64,000 nt of DNA from Octopus sinensis (Eukaryota), in NCBI RefSeq assembly GCF_006345805.1, contig NC_043000.1, forward strand, positions 83,886,001 through 83,950,000. Reading direction: 5' to 3'. Below the pieces are notes generated by a model. The model did no database searches and had not been told where the DNA came from. It worked only from the letters and a program-made list of their open reading frames with translations. Shown piece after piece: positions 63,043 through 64,000 of the stretch (positions are counted from its first letter, which is position 1; every line of letters starts with the position of its first letter). Position numbers and translations under genes: made by a program.

Positions 63043-63362
63043 AGGTATGTGGCTCAGTGATTGTTAGGGTATTCGGCTCACGATTGTAAGGTCGTGAGTT
63101 CGATTCCCGACGGTGTGTTGTCTCCTTGTGCAAGACACTTTCTTTCACATTGCTCCAGTCCACTCAGCCGGCAAAATGAGTAGTACCTGTAAGTCAAAGG
63201 GCCAATTTTGTCACACACTGTGTCGTGCTGAATTTCCCTGAAAACTATGTTAAGGGCACGTGCTTGTGTGTGAAGTGATGAACAACTTGCACGCTAGTTT
63301 CACGAGCAGGCTGTTCCGTTGATCGGATCAACTGGAACGCTCATCGTCGTAACAGACGGAGT
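63043..63362 (+). mobile_element. tRNA-derived SINE with central tccttg.gcaag.cact domain
   Basis: A-box tggctcagtga, B-box gagttcgattcc, conserved body shared with 15836-16012. Confidence 0.8.
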
Positions 63363-63524
63363 GTCTGCGTGTTTATTATATTTCGGTTAACGACTGTTTT
63401 AAATGACCTACTACCCTGTAGCACAGATATATGGCTATATTTCATCTATTCGACCGAGTATATTTTGAGTATTTAAGGCACAGAGAAAGTCCAGTTACAT
63501 AAAAAGAAAAGTTCTTAAAAAAAA

Positions 63525-63542
63525 AAAATAATAATAATATAA

Positions 63543-63577
<35 letters not shown>

Positions 63578-63578
63578 A

Positions 63579-63610
<32 letters not shown>

Positions 63611-63629
63611 AATAATGATAATAATAATA

Positions 63630-63668
<39 letters not shown>
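63525..63668. repeat. (GAT)n/(AAT)n microsatellite
   Basis: Direct inspection. Confidence 0.95.
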
Positions 63669-63779
63669 AAAACAAACTATCACCTTCCCTACAACAACAG
63701 CCTTTAAATGACAAAAAGTGAGGACCCGAACAAGATTGAAATGATCACAGTATTTTACTGGTATCATATCAGCTAAGGT

Positions 63780-64000
63780 GAAAATGCATGGCTCGGGATT
63801 AGAGCGTTGACCTCACAATCATGAGGTAGTGAGTTCGATTCTCTTACTGGGATGTATGTTGTGTTCTTGAGCAAGGAACTTTATTTCACGTCGCTCCAGT
63901 TCACTCAACTGTAGAAATGAGTTGTGACGTCACTGGTGCCAAGCTGTATCGGCCTTTGTCTTTCCTTTGGATAACATCAGTGGTGTGGAGAGGGGAGACC
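63780..64000 (+). mobile_element. tRNA-derived SINE (runs to window end)
   Basis: catggctcgggattagagcg...gagttcgattc...ttcttgagcaaggaactttatttcacgtcgctccagttcactca. Confidence 0.75.

Noticed and set aside
63043-63120. tRNA-like heads (also 12060-12121, 13692-13780, 15836-15890)
   Set aside because: A/B boxes belong to SINEs; no complete cloverleaf, so not called tRNA genes.

Overview
Eukaryotic, visibly AT-rich, microsatellite-dense DNA. The SINE and microsatellite make-up resembles octopus/coleoid cephalopod genomes (inference from recognition, not a search). I could not support any host protein-coding gene; almost everything recognisable is transposable-element derived. Retroelements: (i) a CR1-like LINE with an open 920-aa APE+RT ORF2 (946-3708, -); (ii) a 1.3-kb ORF1-only 'half-LINE' with a perfect 16-bp TSD (16458-17785, -), whose 3' tail is shared with a nearby SINE; (iii) a Penelope-like element (RT + Cys linker + GIY-YIG, 19113-22192) between TA arrays, with an inverted pLTR; (iv) an R4/Dong LINE with an open RT-CCHC-RLE frame (31444-34071) and a second Dong fragment; (v) a CR1-like LINE whose ORF1 combines a Myb/SANT(trihelix)-like N-terminus with a CCCH finger (43842-44744). 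DNA elements: Tigger, mariner and Chapaev3-like fossils, two MITEs and non-autonomous Helitrons. The most interesting signals are RNA-structural. The Penelope pLTR carries a minimal type-I hammerhead-like fold with a non-canonical core and palindromic stem III, and the element's inversion junction lies 6-8 nt from the predicted cleavage site. A second, decayed hammerhead-like motif sits inside a ~352-bp-period tandem unit (retrozyme/pLTR-like). There is also a near-perfect 230-bp palindrome. All family and activity calls were made by eye and need HMM, Infernal or biochemical confirmation.
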